NCBI GenBank assembly: GCA_030141605.1
Contig: JAQGDQ010000503.1
Span: forward strand, 70,703 to 134,702
Direction: 5' to 3'
DNA from: Tubiluchus corallicola
Lineage: Eukaryota; Animalia; Priapulida
Length of the DNA stretch: 64,000 bases
The notes under the pieces are model-generated. The model was not told the origin of the DNA. It did no database searches and was given only the letters and a program-made list of their open reading frames with translations. The position numbers and the translations under genes are program-made. Below are positions 13,241 to 26,600 of this stretch, one piece after another. Numbering within the stretch: position 1 is the first letter of the stretch; each line of letters opens with the position of its first letter.

Positions 13241-14149
13241 GAGTGAGGATTGACAGGTTCACCTTGAGCATGCTCATTAATTACTGACTGCAATTGTATT
13301 AACTTACATAATCAGCCGCTTATCTAAGAAAGCTAGCTAGTGTGCTGTATCAGTTACTGTCAACACCACTGTACCAAATTGTTGTGTCAATAAAGACTTA
13401 AGTGCTTATGTACTAGTACGCCTTCTAGTTACTGCGCAATTAATATTACAATTGATTTTGAGTAGGCCTATTTTAAATTACCATTAAACTTCAGTCTCAC
13501 AAAATATTTGAAAAATTGAGTAACAGTCAATTCAGCACCTAGATTTTGTGGTTAAAGTGCAATTTTTGGTAGTTTTTGTGGCAACCTTCATAGATGGCGA
13601 GTAGTCATGTGAATCGTGTTTTATTGTTTAAATCTCAGCTTAAAATAAACTATTGCTTACTTACTCACTTTTTCAAAAAGGTTTCGAAAAAGAAATAATT
13701 TTAAGCTTCGTGTTAGAAAATCAGTGTTATGAGTTTGGATGTAAGTATGTCATTGAAACTGTATTAAATTGTTACTAATGTAGTGTGATTATTATATAAA
13801 TTACTTTAGAATTTAATGTCACCAGTAAATTAGATTTAAAAAACTTTCCCTTTCGTAAATAGACTAAGTATTTCAATGGTGTGATTCGTATTGTGGTATT
13901 CGTGAATCCACGGCGCCCAGACAGCTTAGTGGTGCCATCATGTAGTTAAAATGTTAGGTGTTAATTAAAACAATTAAGAAATCATAACAATTAATTCTTG
14001 TGAAAGTTAAATGTCTCTAAAGTACAGTCAACTAGTCAGAAGGTTTATGTTATTTTCGTCTTCCTGGTCAGAGTGTCGTGAAGCTCGTGATTACATCATC
14101 CTGTTTAATTGATTATTAGTTTGTTATAATTAATCATAATTATAAATAG

Positions 14150-15075
14150 CATTATTGTGCTTGCATTTGTTCTTTGAATGATCAACAGCATTGTTGTGCA
14201 TGCCTTTGTTCTTTGAATGATCAATAGCATTGTTGTGCATGCCTTTGTTCTTTGAATGATCAATAGCATTGTTGTGCATGCCTTTGTACTTTGAATGATC
14301 AATAGCATTGTTGTGCATGCCTTTGTACTTTGAATGATCAATAGCATTGTTGTGCATGCCTTTGTTCTTTGAATGATCAATAGCATTGTTGTGCATGCCT
14401 TTGTTCTCTGAATGATCAATAGCATTGTTGTGCATGCCTTTGTTCTCTGAATGATCAATAGCATTGTTGTGCATGCCTTTGTACTTTGAATGATCAATAG
14501 CATTGTTGTGCATGCCTTTGTTCTTTGAATGATCAATAGCATTGTTGTGCATGCCTTTGTTCTTTGAATGATCAATAGCATTGTTGTGCATGCCTTTGTA
14601 CTTTGAATGATCAATAGCATTGTTGTGCATGCCTTTGTTCTTTGAATGATCAATAGCATTGTTGTGCATGCCTTTGTTCTTTGAATGATCAATAGCATTG
14701 TTGTGCATGCCTTTGTTCTTTGAATGATCAATAGCATTGTTGTGCATGCCTTTGTTCTTTGAATGATCAATAGCATTATTGTGCATGCCTTTGTACTTTG
14801 AATGATCAATAGCATTGTTGTGCATGCCTTTGTACTTTGAATGATCAATAGCATTGTTGTGCATGCCTTTGTTCTTTGAATGATCAATAGCATTGTTGTG
14901 CATGCCTTTGTTCTCTGAATGATCAATAGCATTGTTGTGCATGCCTTTGTTCTCTGAATGATCAATAGCATTATTGTGCATGCCTTTGTACTTTGAATGA
15001 TCAATAACATTATTGTACATGAATTTATCCTTTGAATGATCAATAGCATTATTGTACATGCATTTATCCTTTGGA
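14150..15075. repeat. 39-bp minisatellite, ~24 copies
   Basis: Unit atgatcaatagcattgttgtgcatgcctttgttctttga; 13-aa periodic ORFs. Confidence 0.97.
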
Positions 15076-15349
15076 TATTCATAATATTATTATTACATTC
15101 TGTTGTTAAAATATTAGATTAAAATCTCATACAAAGAACTCACTATACTTTCAGCTATAAAACTGGTTTATTTCTCTGTGTACGGACAGTATAAACTTCG
15201 ATCATTGTACACAACCTTGAACTAGGATGTATAACATTTACCTTTAATCAATTGCTGGCTTCTTTTCACTTCCTGTATGCAAAGTTTCACCTTTCAGTTG
15301 GCTTTGCAGAGCTTTAGATAGAACACTTTTGCATTATTGCTGGCTTAAA

Positions 15350-15585
15350 AATAAGTAAGTAAGCAATTTATTGTTATGCATACAATGAAATTTATGTGGT
15401 TTGATGTGCTGCAGTAACTTATAGAAATAACAAGGAGATTAACACAAATAATTCAATCAGTTGTACAGTGACATAAAGAATTAATATCGAAGATTTACTG
15501 TTCGTGGTATGAATTGCAACGGGATAGAAAGAATTTAAAGTTCTTGTGGTTTTAGCGTTAATTGAGCGGAATCTACGATGAACAA
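15350..15585 (-). mobile_element. Rex1/Babar-like LINE 3' end
   Basis: Minus translation RRFRSINAKTTRTLNSFYPVAI; (TTAC)n tail at ~15352-15362. Confidence 0.5.
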
Positions 15586-15824
15586 CTTACCTGCATTCTG
15601 CCTTGTTTATGGAAAAGTTTTGTTCTTCCAGGGAAGCACTCTGTTAGCACATACCTTTAGAGTTTTTCATATTGGAAAAGTTGAACCAGTTCAACAGCTC
15701 TGTTCCTAGTTAATGTTTCATATCCCAGTCAAAATTTCATCCCAATCAAAGCTGATTTAATTGGGAGTTGTATTTTTCTATTGAAAATCAGTAAGGCTTG
15801 CACATATTGATACTACAGCCCTTA

Positions 15825-16340
15825 TCTTATCTCCACCACTTTAAAAAAGAAATTAAAAGAATATCAATATAACAGGTTTCAACTTCCAGATTATGCATCT
15901 GATCTTAATTACTCAGACTCAACTTTCATCTACCCCTGCCGCTGACTCCGTAAAATGATTAAACATGTAAAATTTTTAAAAAATTATGTAATGTAATGAG
16001 TGAAATTTATGTAATGTAAAGCATTACATAAATTGTGTCATGTCAAATGTATATATAGTGTAAAATACGTCATGTAAAATTTAATGTACTTTCGTAATAT
16101 TGTTTTCTAAAAATATTTTAATATGGTGTTTGCAAATATGTTCATTTATGGTATATAATTAGAACTTAGTTTTGCACTTTAGTTTTTTTAGTCTGCACTG
16201 GACGCATTTGTTTTGAACAGTGCTGTTATGTTAACATTACGCTGAGGCTTACTGAATTTTACTATAATGAGTGAATAATTTTAATGACATATAAAAAATT
16301 AATATATAATATATATACATATATCATAATAATAAACAAA
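15825..16340 (+). mobile_element. 3' fragment of the LINE family at 24100-26275, opposite orientation
   Basis: Encodes LHHFKK..KEYQYNRFQLP.....DSTFIYP, and its 3' UTR is homologous to the reverse complement of 24100-24570. Confidence 0.85.
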
Positions 16341-16869
16341 CAGATGCGTTTTTGTTCTCTGAAGCTCATAAGCTTTGCATTTGCTACATCAACGATGACT
16401 CAAAAGTGTAAAATGTAAATGCAATGTGTATTATTCTTATATTTGCAGGTTTGCGACCTCCTTTTGACACTTTTTGACCATGCAGGCAGTATGTTGTCTT
16501 ATTTTCTGTTATTGTCACTTCTTTGAAGTACAGAATCATTTTTGTGCCTGTTTCAGAATGGTGCGTATTCACTACCGCTTGCTTATTGGTAAGAAGGATA
16601 AGATTTGCGATATATCCACTCGTCCAAGTGCTCATCCGGAAATGTAAATCTCAATTGGGAATCTGGAAATATGAATTCATAAAATTCTGCTTCACTTTGG
16701 GAACTCCGGCTGTTCAGATTCTGGGTAAGTAATGGATAATAAATTAAGTTTTTGTAACATAAATTTATAATTTTAATAATAAATCTGAATAGTAATAATA
16801 ATATTAAATTTGAATAGCATAAATTTCTTCATCTACCCTGTGCCACTGTATATGTCACTACATTACTTG

Positions 16870-17602
16870 TAGGTTTTGTTTAAAAGCTCTATGCTTCTAA
16901 TGAACAGTATTTTGTGGAGAAATTTTTTACCCGACATGGTTTCAATAGCTTAAAATCACGAGGAGTTAAATTATGGAACTCGTTGCCAAAAGATACCTTT
17001 GGAGGTAGCTTATTTTCTGCTTCCAAAAAATACACAAAATTCTTACTAAATGAATATACCTGTAATACATAACTGGTAAGACTAATAAGCAAACTATCAA
17101 GTTTTTTTTCTTCTCATCTCCTAAGTAATTGTTGCTCTTTCTTATACTTACTTTTTCTCTTAAATTTTCTATATTACACTTTTTTGATACTTATTTTATC
17201 TCTCCATACTCTCAGTTTTTTAACTTTACTCACTAACCTTGGTCAAAATCCCCTGTCAATAAGGCCCCAATTTGAAAATATATATAATAATCATAATTAC
17301 TTGTATTAATTGTATTGTTTTGTTTAGATTTAGGTGTCATCTAACTTTATTATTTTTTGTTTTCACTTATACTGTTTTCATTTATACTGTTTTTTATTAT
17401 TATTTTTTTCCTATTTGATTTTGTTATCCGCAGTCTCACCATTTATTTTTAATATACTAATTTAATTATAAGAAAGGGCAGGAGACTAGATGACCCTATG
17501 ATCCTTCCCTGCCCTGCTCCACTACTATAATTAAGTAATATTTAAAAAAAAACTTGTCATATCAAACGAATTGGAGAAAATACATGTTCTATGTCTATGT
17601 CA
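16870..17602 (+). mobile_element. L2/Crack-like LINE 3' end
   Basis: YFVEKFFTRHGFNSLKSRGVKLWNSLP...KKYTKFLL aligns with ORF 12558-12803; 3' stem-loop gggcagg...cctgccc and (CTATGT) tail. Confidence 0.7.
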
Positions 17603-17743
17603 ATGCAAAATTCAAATACTTGGTAAATAAGCATTGTAACGGAGCGTTACGGAGGTCCGTGCTTAGCATATATTTTCCTGTACATTTTGAAAACTTGTAC
17701 TAAATCAATTGTTGCTGTCAAAATTTCTAGCAATTTGTTGATA

Positions 17744-18160
17744 CAGTCAACCTCGGGTATAAGGTACTCGCTTATAAGGGACCAGCAACACAAGACCCGA
17801 TTTTTTGTAACGTTTTTCCTATGTAAACGTCTTTGTATATAAGGATATAAGGGACCTTTGGTTATAAGGGACGGTATCTACAGGTCCCGCATAATTAAAA
17901 CCCAGGTAAATTACCTCCCACATAAGGGACCTTATGATCAAAGCGAAATTGTTCTATTTTTAACCTCAATTTTTCGCATTACTGAAGGAGCTTCCTACAT
18001 ACCGTTTACACTGAACGTGTAGCAATAATCCATAAAAATATGGATAAAAGTACAAGTCCAGATACACCCTCGGTCTGACTCAACTTTGGCTATAAGGGAC
18101 ATCGGATATAAGGGACGCTTTTTCCTGTCCCGAGGTGTCCCTTATATCCGAGGCTGAATG
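17744..18160. mobile_element. Tc1/mariner(pogo/Tigger)-type MITE
   Basis: TA|CAGTCAACCTCGGGTATAAGG ... CCTTATATCCGAGGCTGAATG|TA; repeated internal ATAAGGGAC motifs. Confidence 0.85.
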
Positions 18161-18469
18161 TAGTTCGGAAAGATCTTACATATATCTAAAAAGAGCAGTG
18201 GTTAGAACTGACCACTATTGGTTTTTTATCTAGTTAGTTTGAGTTTAAAGTGTGACTTTATCTTAGAGTTAGAGACGACATCTAATTTTTCAAGTCTTTA
18301 CCTGGTGTGTTGAGCTCTACAAATATACTGTAGATACCAGATAGAACTTTAGAAAGATATTCACCTTCTAATATAATATAATAAAAAAATATAATAATGG
18401 TTGCATATCTGTAATTTTGCAAATTTAAATTTTTGTTTTGTTGGTACCTTTGTTTCTAAAGTTTTATAG

Positions 18470-19735
18470 TACGACTGTGTGTAAATCACCAAGAAGTTAT
18501 GCAACCGTGAGCTTAGTTTTACGTTTTTATGGTACGACTGTGTGTAAATCACCAAGAAGTTATGCAACCGTGAGCTTAGTTTTACGTTTTTATTGCACGA
18601 CTGTGTGTAAATCACCTAGAGGTTATGCAACCGTGAGCTTAGTTTTACGTTTTTGTTGCACGACTGTGTGTAAATGACCAAGAAGTTATGCAACCGTGAG
18701 CTTAGTTTTACGTTTTTATTGCACGACTGTGTGTAAATCACCTAGAGGTTATGCAACCGTGAGCTTAGTTTTACGTTTTTGTTGCACGACTGTGTAAATG
18801 ACCAAGAAGTTATGCAACCGTGAGCTTAGTTTTACGTTTTTATTGCACGACTGTGTGTAAATCACCTAGAGGTTATGCAACCGTGAGCTTAGTTTTACGT
18901 TTTTATTGCACGACTGTGTGTAAATGACCAAGAAGTTATGCAACCGTGAGCTTAGTTTTACGTTTTTATTGCACGACTGTGTGTAAATCACCTAGAGGTT
19001 ATGCAACCGTGAGCTTAGTTTTACGTTTTTGTTGCACGACTGTGTGTAAATGACCAAGAAGTTATGCAACCGTGAGCTTAGTTTTACGTTTTTATTGCAC
19101 GACTGTGTGTAAATTACCTAGAGGTTATGCAACCGTGAGCTTAGTTTTACGTTTTTATTGCACGACTGTGTGTAAATGACCAAGAAGTTATGCAACCATG
19201 AGCTTAGTTTTACGTTTTTGTTGCACGACTGTGTGTAAATCACCTAGAGGTTATGCAACCGTGAGCTTAGTTTTACGTTTTTGTTGCACGACTGTGTGTA
19301 AATGACCAAGAAGTTATGCAACCGTGAGCTTAGTTTTACGTTTTTATTGCACGACTGTGTGTAAATGACCAAGAATTTATGCAGCCGTGAGCTTAGTTTT
19401 ACGTTTTTATTGCACGACTGCGTGTAAATCACCTAGAGGTTATGCAACCGTGAGCTTAGTTTTACGTTTTTATTGCACGACTGCGTGTAAATCACCTAGA
19501 GGTTATGCAACCGTGAGCTTAGTTTTACGTTTTTATTGCACGACTGTGTGTAAATCACCTAGAGGTTATGCAACCGTGAGCTTAGTTTTACGTTTTTATT
19601 GCACGACTGTGTGTAAATCACCTAGAGGTTATGCAACCGTGAGCTTAGTTTTACGTTTTTATTGCACGACTGTGTGTAAATCACCTAGAGGTTATGCAAC
19701 CGTGAGCTTAGTTTTACGTTTTTATTGCACGACTG
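18470..19735. repeat. 63-bp minisatellite, ~20 copies
   Basis: Unit cgactgtgtgtaaatcacctagaggttatgcaaccgtgagcttagttttacgtttttattgca. Confidence 0.97.
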
Positions 19736-20027
19736 GCACAAATTGTCCACTGTGGTTCAAAGTACCTAGAAATAAATGGATGTTGAAAGCTACTGCATAA
19801 TTACTGGAAATTGTGAAGATTGTTTAACTTTATACAATAAAAATAACTTCTTTAGTCAACAAACTTTTTTACTTCTATGTTACTTTTTAACAAGTTTAGT
19901 CAATGAACTTTTTTACTCACATGCAGTATGTTTTTGTTTTGCCAAAATTTGCATTTTGTCCTTGTAGGACTCAAAGCAAAACTGATGTATTTTATGAGTT
20001 GTTTCTCATTATACTTTCCTTGTGTTT

Positions 20028-20840
20028 CAGCAGTAATGAGCACTGTACTTTCTGCTTGTTGGAGCTGAGGTGTTGCAGTAATGAGCACTGTACTTTCTGC
20101 TTGTTGGAGCTGAGGTGTTGCAGTAATGAGCACTGTACTTTCGACTTGTTGGAGCTGAGGTGTTGCAGTAATGAGCACTGTACTTTCGACTTGTTGGAGC
20201 TGAAGTGTTGCAGTAATGAGCACTGTACTTTTGGCTTGTTGGAGCTGAGGTGTTGCAGTAATGAGCACTGTACTTTCGGCTTGTTAGCGCTGAGGTGTTG
20301 CAGTAATGAGCACTGTACTTTCGGCTTGTTGGAGCTGAGGTGTTGCAGTAATGAGCACTGTACTTTCGGCTTGTTAGCGCTGAGGTGTTGCAGTAATGAG
20401 CACTGTACTTTCGACTTGTTAGCGCTGAGGTGTTGCAGTAATGAGCACTGTACTTTCGGCTTGTTAGCGCTGAGGTGTTGCAGTAATGAGCACTGTACTT
20501 TCGACTTGTTGGAGCTGAGGTGTTGCAGTAATGAGCACTGTACTTTCGACTTGTTGGAGCTGAGGTGTTGCAGTAATGAGCACTGTACTTTCGGCTTGTT
20601 GGAGCTGAGGTGTTGCAGTAATGAGCACTGTACTTTCGGCTTGTTAGCGCTGATGTGTTGCAGTAATGAGCACTGTACTTTCGGCTTGTTAGCGCTGAGG
20701 TGTTGCAGTAATGAGCACTGTACTTTCAGCTTGTTGGAGCTGAGGTGTTGCAGTAATGAGCACTGTACTTTTGGCTTGTTGGAGCTGAGGTGTTGCAGTA
20801 ATGAGCACTGTACTTTCGACTTGTTGGAGCTGAGGTGTTT
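20028..20840. repeat. 45-bp minisatellite, ~18 copies
   Basis: Unit cagtaatgagcactgtactttcggcttgttggagctgaggtgttg; 15-aa periodic ORFs on both strands. Confidence 0.97.
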
Positions 20841-21390
20841 GTGGAATAAGGTGCAGACGAAGTAGTGCTGAATCTTCCCTGTTGGATAAACCTTACATAA
20901 TTGTTCGCATGCATTGGCTTTATGGTGCACAGAACTAGAACGTTTACTCTGGATTTGAGAAGGAATTTCTTAACTCATTGTCATAAGCTTAGATTTTAGT
21001 ACTGGACGAAGACCATGGACATCTGGCGCTCTTAGAACGTTCTGAAAGCAAGTTGGTAAGGTTGAACATCAGTTACATTTTCAAGAGTTGGGTAAGTACT
21101 GAATTTATTTTTTTGTGATCTGATGATGAGATTTGTACAGTGGTTATATTAAGCATCATTGCTGGGGCTTCATTACTGATTGATTAATGAATAATTAATA
21201 AAAACTGAAAGGGAGTTTGATTTTCATTGTGTTGGGATAAGAAGTACTAACATCAGTGGGAGTTTCTACATTATGGCTTGGAAACCACATAACTTGCTGT
21301 TGTCTTATCAGTTAATGCTTGTCATACAGCTGGATGTCCAGCACCTGCCTTTCAGCTTCCTGCACTTTAGACAGCAAATATTATGCTTAA

Positions 21391-21847
21391 CCCTTTCAGT
21401 CCCAAATTATTTTTTTAATAAGAAAAAATTTTTTGGCTTGGTACTTTTGTTCAGTATGTCCATCTTATTTACACATAATTATTATTTTTTCTACCTGTGC
21501 CCGGGTCCTAAATATAACCTGTATCCCACGGGATACATTGGGATTCAATGCAAGCATAAAATGTGCTTCATTTTGCAACTGCTGTTAAGTTTTTAAAGTA
21601 TTTAAGACATTTAGTATTCATACTATGCTGATCTGTACAAAGTCGACTCTAAACTACTGTACCTTGCGCAGTTTTTATGCTATGTAGATTTTCTAGTTTG
21701 CCATTTTATCACAATTTTTAGTCTATTGTTATTGGCTTAAATCAAAATAACTATTAACAGATCAAATAACCGTCAGTTTTAAAATTTTATTAATTTAAAG
21801 GCAGAAAATATTCTCGTATCCCACGGGATACAACGGATATGAAAGCG
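21391..21847. mobile_element. piggyBac-type MITE
   Basis: TTAA|CCCTTTCAGTCC ... GGATATGAAAGCG|TTAA; subterminal palindrome GTATCCCACGGGATAC near both ends (~21521, ~21816). Confidence 0.75.
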
Positions 21848-22454
21848 TTAAAGCAAAACCGGACCCAATCTTAAGCTGTAGGTCTAAACAATCTGCTCTT
21901 TAAAATATTGAAAGGGAACACACTGTTTTTTCAAGAATGACTTGCATGAAAGAATGAGCACTAACGCTCGCATTTTGGAAACGCATTGCCCAGAAACAGG
22001 TGCTGTATTTCTTAGTTCAGATGTGTTAGTTTGTGACGAACCACACACGTTTGACAGCGCATGCGTGAGCATAGCAGTACATTTGAAATTTGAATTTTTT
22101 TCTTAAAACTTGCCTAGTTTTAGTACAACACACTGAATATCTTGCAATAGTAATAGTACTGTACTTCAGTTTTCGCTTTCGCAAACACGTTCGTGGAATA
22201 TTTTTGCAGTTCAAAATTATGTTAGTTTGTGATGTCCTCAGTAGTTGGGCTCGCCCTCCATTAATTAGTTTTTCATCTATTTTTTAATTATCAGAAACGC
22301 TTTTGCAGTATTAAGTAGTATGTGAAAAATCATCCTGTCTTCCTTTAAATTAAAGGTTTGTGACTGAATTAAAGTCAATCTGGGGAAATTTTAATTAAGA
22401 CTCCAGTTTTCTTTTCTACAAGACGAAAATTGCAACGTTTTCTTAAACTTTTCT

Positions 22455-22850
22455 TACTGATTCCAAACATGGGCAGTCTTGTCTTGGGAGAGGTATAGAG
22501 GACATTGGCTAGTTGAAGAACAGATGCTAGGTTCTGGACATTGGCTAGTTGAAGAACAGATGCTAGGTTCTTGACATTGGCTAGTTGAAGAACAGATGCT
22601 AGGTTCTGGACATTGGCTAGTTGAGGAACAGATGCTAGGTTCTGGACATTGGCTAGTTGAAGGACAGATGCTAGATCTTGTCATGTGAGAGGTGTAGAGG
22701 ACATTGGCTAGTTGAAGAACAGATGCTAGGTTCTGGACATTGGCTAGTTGAAGAACAGATGCTTACTGATTCCAAACATGGGCAATCTTGTTTTGGGAGA
22801 GGTGTACATGACATTGGCTAGTTGAAGAACAGATGCTAGGTTCTGAATGT
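22455..22850. repeat. 36-bp tandem repeat with a larger internal duplication
   Basis: Unit ggacattggctagttgaagaacagatgctaggttct (minus: EPSICSSTSQCP). Confidence 0.9.
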
Positions 22851-23029
22851 TCACTAGATGCTCAGAAACTGTTCCTGTTTTCCACCACCTGGCTTCCTGT
22901 GTCCATTGCAAAATCTCTGATTTCATCACTCATTGGCAATGTACACGCTCCGTTTTCTTTTTCATATGCCACACACCGGATGTTTTCGTGCTCCATAGGC
23001 ATCTGTTATTAAAGGAAAACTGGATATTC

Positions 23030-23415
23030 ATATAAATTCTTCCATTTATCGCATTTCTTCCCAAACGTTATAAGCTTTTCGATTGTTTTAATTTTGAGGA
23101 ATGGTTTTTCTAAGAAAACAAATTGTCTGGTAATTCAGAATCTTTGTATTCAAGTATTTCTATAGAGTATTCCATATCACTATAAATCTGCAATAATTTC
23201 GTTGATTTTTCAAGTTCAGACTTCGTATTTCTTTCACAAAATACCTCTCATTTTATCGCCTTGTAGCGTTGTTGCAGTACACTTGTGTTTTGAGTCTGTT
23301 AGAGTACAGCGCAGATCTGACAAGCAAACAGTTAATAAAGCTAAGGCACATACTGCCAATAACAAAGTGATGATTATGCCAAAGTGAAATTCGATAAAAT
23401 ATCTCTTCTGAGCAT
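23030..23415 (-). pseudogene. Truncated paralog of LRR-Ig receptor exon 1
   Basis: LLTVCLSDLRC...LLQIYSDMEYS...YKDSELP...LGRNAINGRI vs LQICLSQLLC...LLQDGVSMDHF...YEDSELP...IRKNAIGGSI in the intact gene; frameshifts and stops. Confidence 0.75.
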
Positions 23416-24099
23416 AAAATATGAGGTAAGAAGATCGACGTTGTTATGCTTAACATCATTCAGTTTCTTTCAAAAACAGAGAAAGAGTTTATCAACAATA
23501 CATTTTCACATAGTGAGTAACAGCATTGTGATGTACATGTAATAAGCAGATTGTTCATTGTGTAAATAAGCCCTATACGTTTTAGTAGCTACATTGTTGA
23601 AGATTAGTAGCCATTGTTATTATAAGGAACAAATTATTTTGTGCCTATGTGTAATAAGGAAAAGCAAATCCTGTTTATCTTGTTCAGCGATTACTGCAAG
23701 TCCAAATCGCAGACCACTTCAAAAAATGAGCCATTCTTCATCTTTCTCCAGGTAACTTAAAGCATGTCACAAGCTAGACTTGTGCAAAAAATCTGAGATT
23801 CCTCAAACGAACTCTCGGGTCTCTCCATAACAATAATTTTATTTGTCCATTGTTGACTATTATTTCACTACCTCGTGCATCCAGCAATTTAATGTTATTA
23901 AAAGTAAGAGTCGCCGACTGTCTAAACGTCTCGTCTATTTAAACCCACAAAAATTTCTGTTATATCATTAAATTTCACTGCACCTCAAACTGGTCAGGTA
24001 AGTACTAAACAGGTGGGTAACTTAAAAATGAAAAAGGTTTCTAGTCGAAAATTAGAAGATTGTAGAAGCAAAACAACAGCAGATGAAACAATTAAAAAA

Positions 24100-26275
24100 T
24101 TAATGATGTATATATATATATATTAATTCTTTATTTGTCATAAAAACGGTTCCCTCATTATAATAAAATTGAGTTAGCCTCAGCGTAATGTTAAAATAAC
24201 AACACTGTTCAAGACAAATGCGTCCAGTGCATACTAAAAAAACTAAAGTGCAAACTATATACAATATAATGAACATATTTACAAATACCATATTAAAATA
24301 TTTTCACAGACAATTATAGGAAAGTACATTAAATTTTACATTACATAGTGCACACTATTTATACATTTAACATTACGAAACACGAAACTAACATAACACG
24401 TATTACATTACATAATTTTTTTAAAAAAATTTCATTTTTAATCATTATATGGAGTCAGGGGCGGGGGTATATGAAAGTGGAGTCCGTGTAATTAGTATCA
24501 GATGCACAATGTGGAAGTTGAAACCTGTTATATTGATATTCTTTTGATTTCTTTTTAAAGTGGTGGAGAGATTCTATTTGTTTTATTTCACTGGGTAGTA
24601 AGTTCCATAAATGTATGGCCTGTTTTGATATAGAGTTATTTCCAAATTTATTGTTTACTGTAATTTGCTTTAAATTGTATGTTCTAGTGTTCAATGTGGT
24701 ATCAGGAATAAATGCTAAGGGATTGTTTATAAATGGAATGCTCAGTTTATTTATATATTTATAAAGAAATATCAGTGTTTTGTAATCTCGATAGGCTTCT
24801 AATATTGGTATTTTTGTGGACGTTCTTAAGCTTGTTGCAGAAGCAGCATGTTGTTTAGCAGTTTTGTTAGAGTAGCCATGAATTAATCTAAGTGCGTAGT
24901 TTTGCATCGTATTTAGTTTTCTAAAGTTTTCATATTTAACGTTTTGAAGTAAAGTGCAACCATATAGATAATGTGGTAATATTAGACTTTTGTAGATGCG
25001 AATTTTTGTTTTCTTGGTTAGATGGCCTCTGGTTTGGCGTAAGAATGTCGTGCTTAATGCCATCTTGTTGTGTATTTGATGAAACTGTTCATCCCAAGTG
25101 AGTTTATTGTCGACAGTAATGCCTAAAAATTTTACAGTTTTTGCTTGTTCTATGGAACAGTCACCTACTTTTAGTGTTGCATTAGAAGTAATGTCATTGG
25201 ATTTGGGTGATATTACCATAAATTCTGTCTTATCATCATTCATTTTTAAACCAAAATAGTTAAATGCTGCATTTATATTTGTTATGTCTTTTTCTAGATT
25301 ATTTTTTGATGTTAGAAAGTCTGCGTGTGCTGTATAGAGTGTTGTATCATCGGCATATTGTGTTAAGTCTGAATTATGTAAAACTAAATGAATTTTATTA
25401 ACGTATAAACAAAAGAGTAATGGACCTAATATCGTACCTTGTGGGATGCCTCTCTGTGGTGTGTCCCATGTTGAAAAAGTGTGTTTGTTCAGTTTGACTC
25501 TTTGTTTTCTATTGTGTAGGTAATTATTAATTAGTTTGAGAGAAGTATAATCGAATCCTAGTTGGCGTAAGTTGTCTAGTAGTAAATTGTGATCGAGGCT
25601 GTCAAAAGCTTTACTTAGATCTAAAAATGCTGCTGTTATATATTTATTTTTATTTAAGTTGTAACGCCACTTTTCAGTGGCATCAATTATCGCGTCTATT
25701 GTAGAATGTAGTTTTCTAAAACCAAATTGATGATTTGACAGTAACTTATTATTTTCAATGTAATGGTTTATTTGGTTGTAGATAACTCTTTCAAATACTT
25801 TGGCTAGTACGTGCACTACTGAGATTGGTCTGTAGTTTTTAGCATCATCTTTAGCATCTTTCTTGTGTATTGGAGTTATGTTTGCTTGTTTACACACTGC
25901 TGGAAATTCTGAGCGCATTAAGACTTGGTTTGTGATATATGTTAAATGAGGAGTAATGATGCTGGCACAGTCTTTTAAGATCTTTATTGGCATGTCTGAG
26001 GGTCCACTTCCTTTATTTATATTTAAACTGTTTAATATTCTAAAGATGTCGTATTCTGTGACGCTAGTAAATGAGAAAGTGGATTGTATTACTGATTGGT
26101 TTTTGTATATATTGTGTATATTTGCATTATGTTGGTGTGGCAAGTTGTCAAATTTTCCAAGATTGATAAATGTGGAATTTAATTTGTTAGCAATGTCAAC
26201 TGGATCAGATATTATACTGTCATTTTCTCGTAAACTATTTATTTGTAATTGATCGTTTCTGTATCTGTTAAGTAA
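24100..26275 (-). mobile_element. 5'-truncated CR1/L2-group LINE with uninterrupted RT ORF (24455-26143+)
   Basis: [40 protein letters not shown]; 3' UTR ending in a TA-rich tail. Confidence 0.95.
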
Positions 26276-26278
26276 CAG

Positions 26279-26600
26279 TTATCTGTTATGTGACAGCTTA
26301 AGGTACTTCCTTGATTTTCGACGCATGCTTTGAAATTCTTGATTGACAAATTTTAAGGTGTAGTAGATACGAACTTTGACGAAGAGTTCCACAAGGTGGC
26401 GCACACCATCTTTGCAGAGTTTCATGTTTTGACATGTAACGTTGGATATTATTGTTTCCTTAATGACATGAGACACATTCTGTGCAGTACAGTATTGGTC
26501 AAATGTAGCTCTAAATTGATTTTCTGCCAGACTAAACCACGTTATGAAGTTGTCAGTTGGCACACGCAATCGCCTATAAAACTCATAATCGTTTATATGG
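26279..26600 (-). mobile_element. P-element/THAP9-like transposase C-terminal remnant
   Basis: VPT..F......AE..F...LVELFVKVRIYYTLKFVN...RKYLKLSH resembles P-superfamily C-termini. Confidence 0.5.

Noticed and set aside
14105-15082. 325-aa and 309-aa ORFs as proteins
   Set aside because: By-products of a 39-bp (multiple of 3) stop-free unit, open in two frames; no gene context.
16480-16730. Possible Harbinger transposase remnant (LGIWKYEF)
   Set aside because: Only a vague motif; too decayed to support.
19900-20930. Cys-rich 320-aa / 312-aa ORFs as metal-binding proteins
   Set aside because: The 45-bp minisatellite is open on both strands; no independent coding evidence.
20870-21370. Possible decayed host exon (VWFPSH...KLPFSF; RNF213-like impression)
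   Set aside because: Multiple stops and no diagnostic motif; needs BLASTX.
23700-23900. GSFFEVVCDLDL as a second nucleotidyltransferase motif
   Set aside because: Short, flanked by stops, spacing atypical; probably chance.
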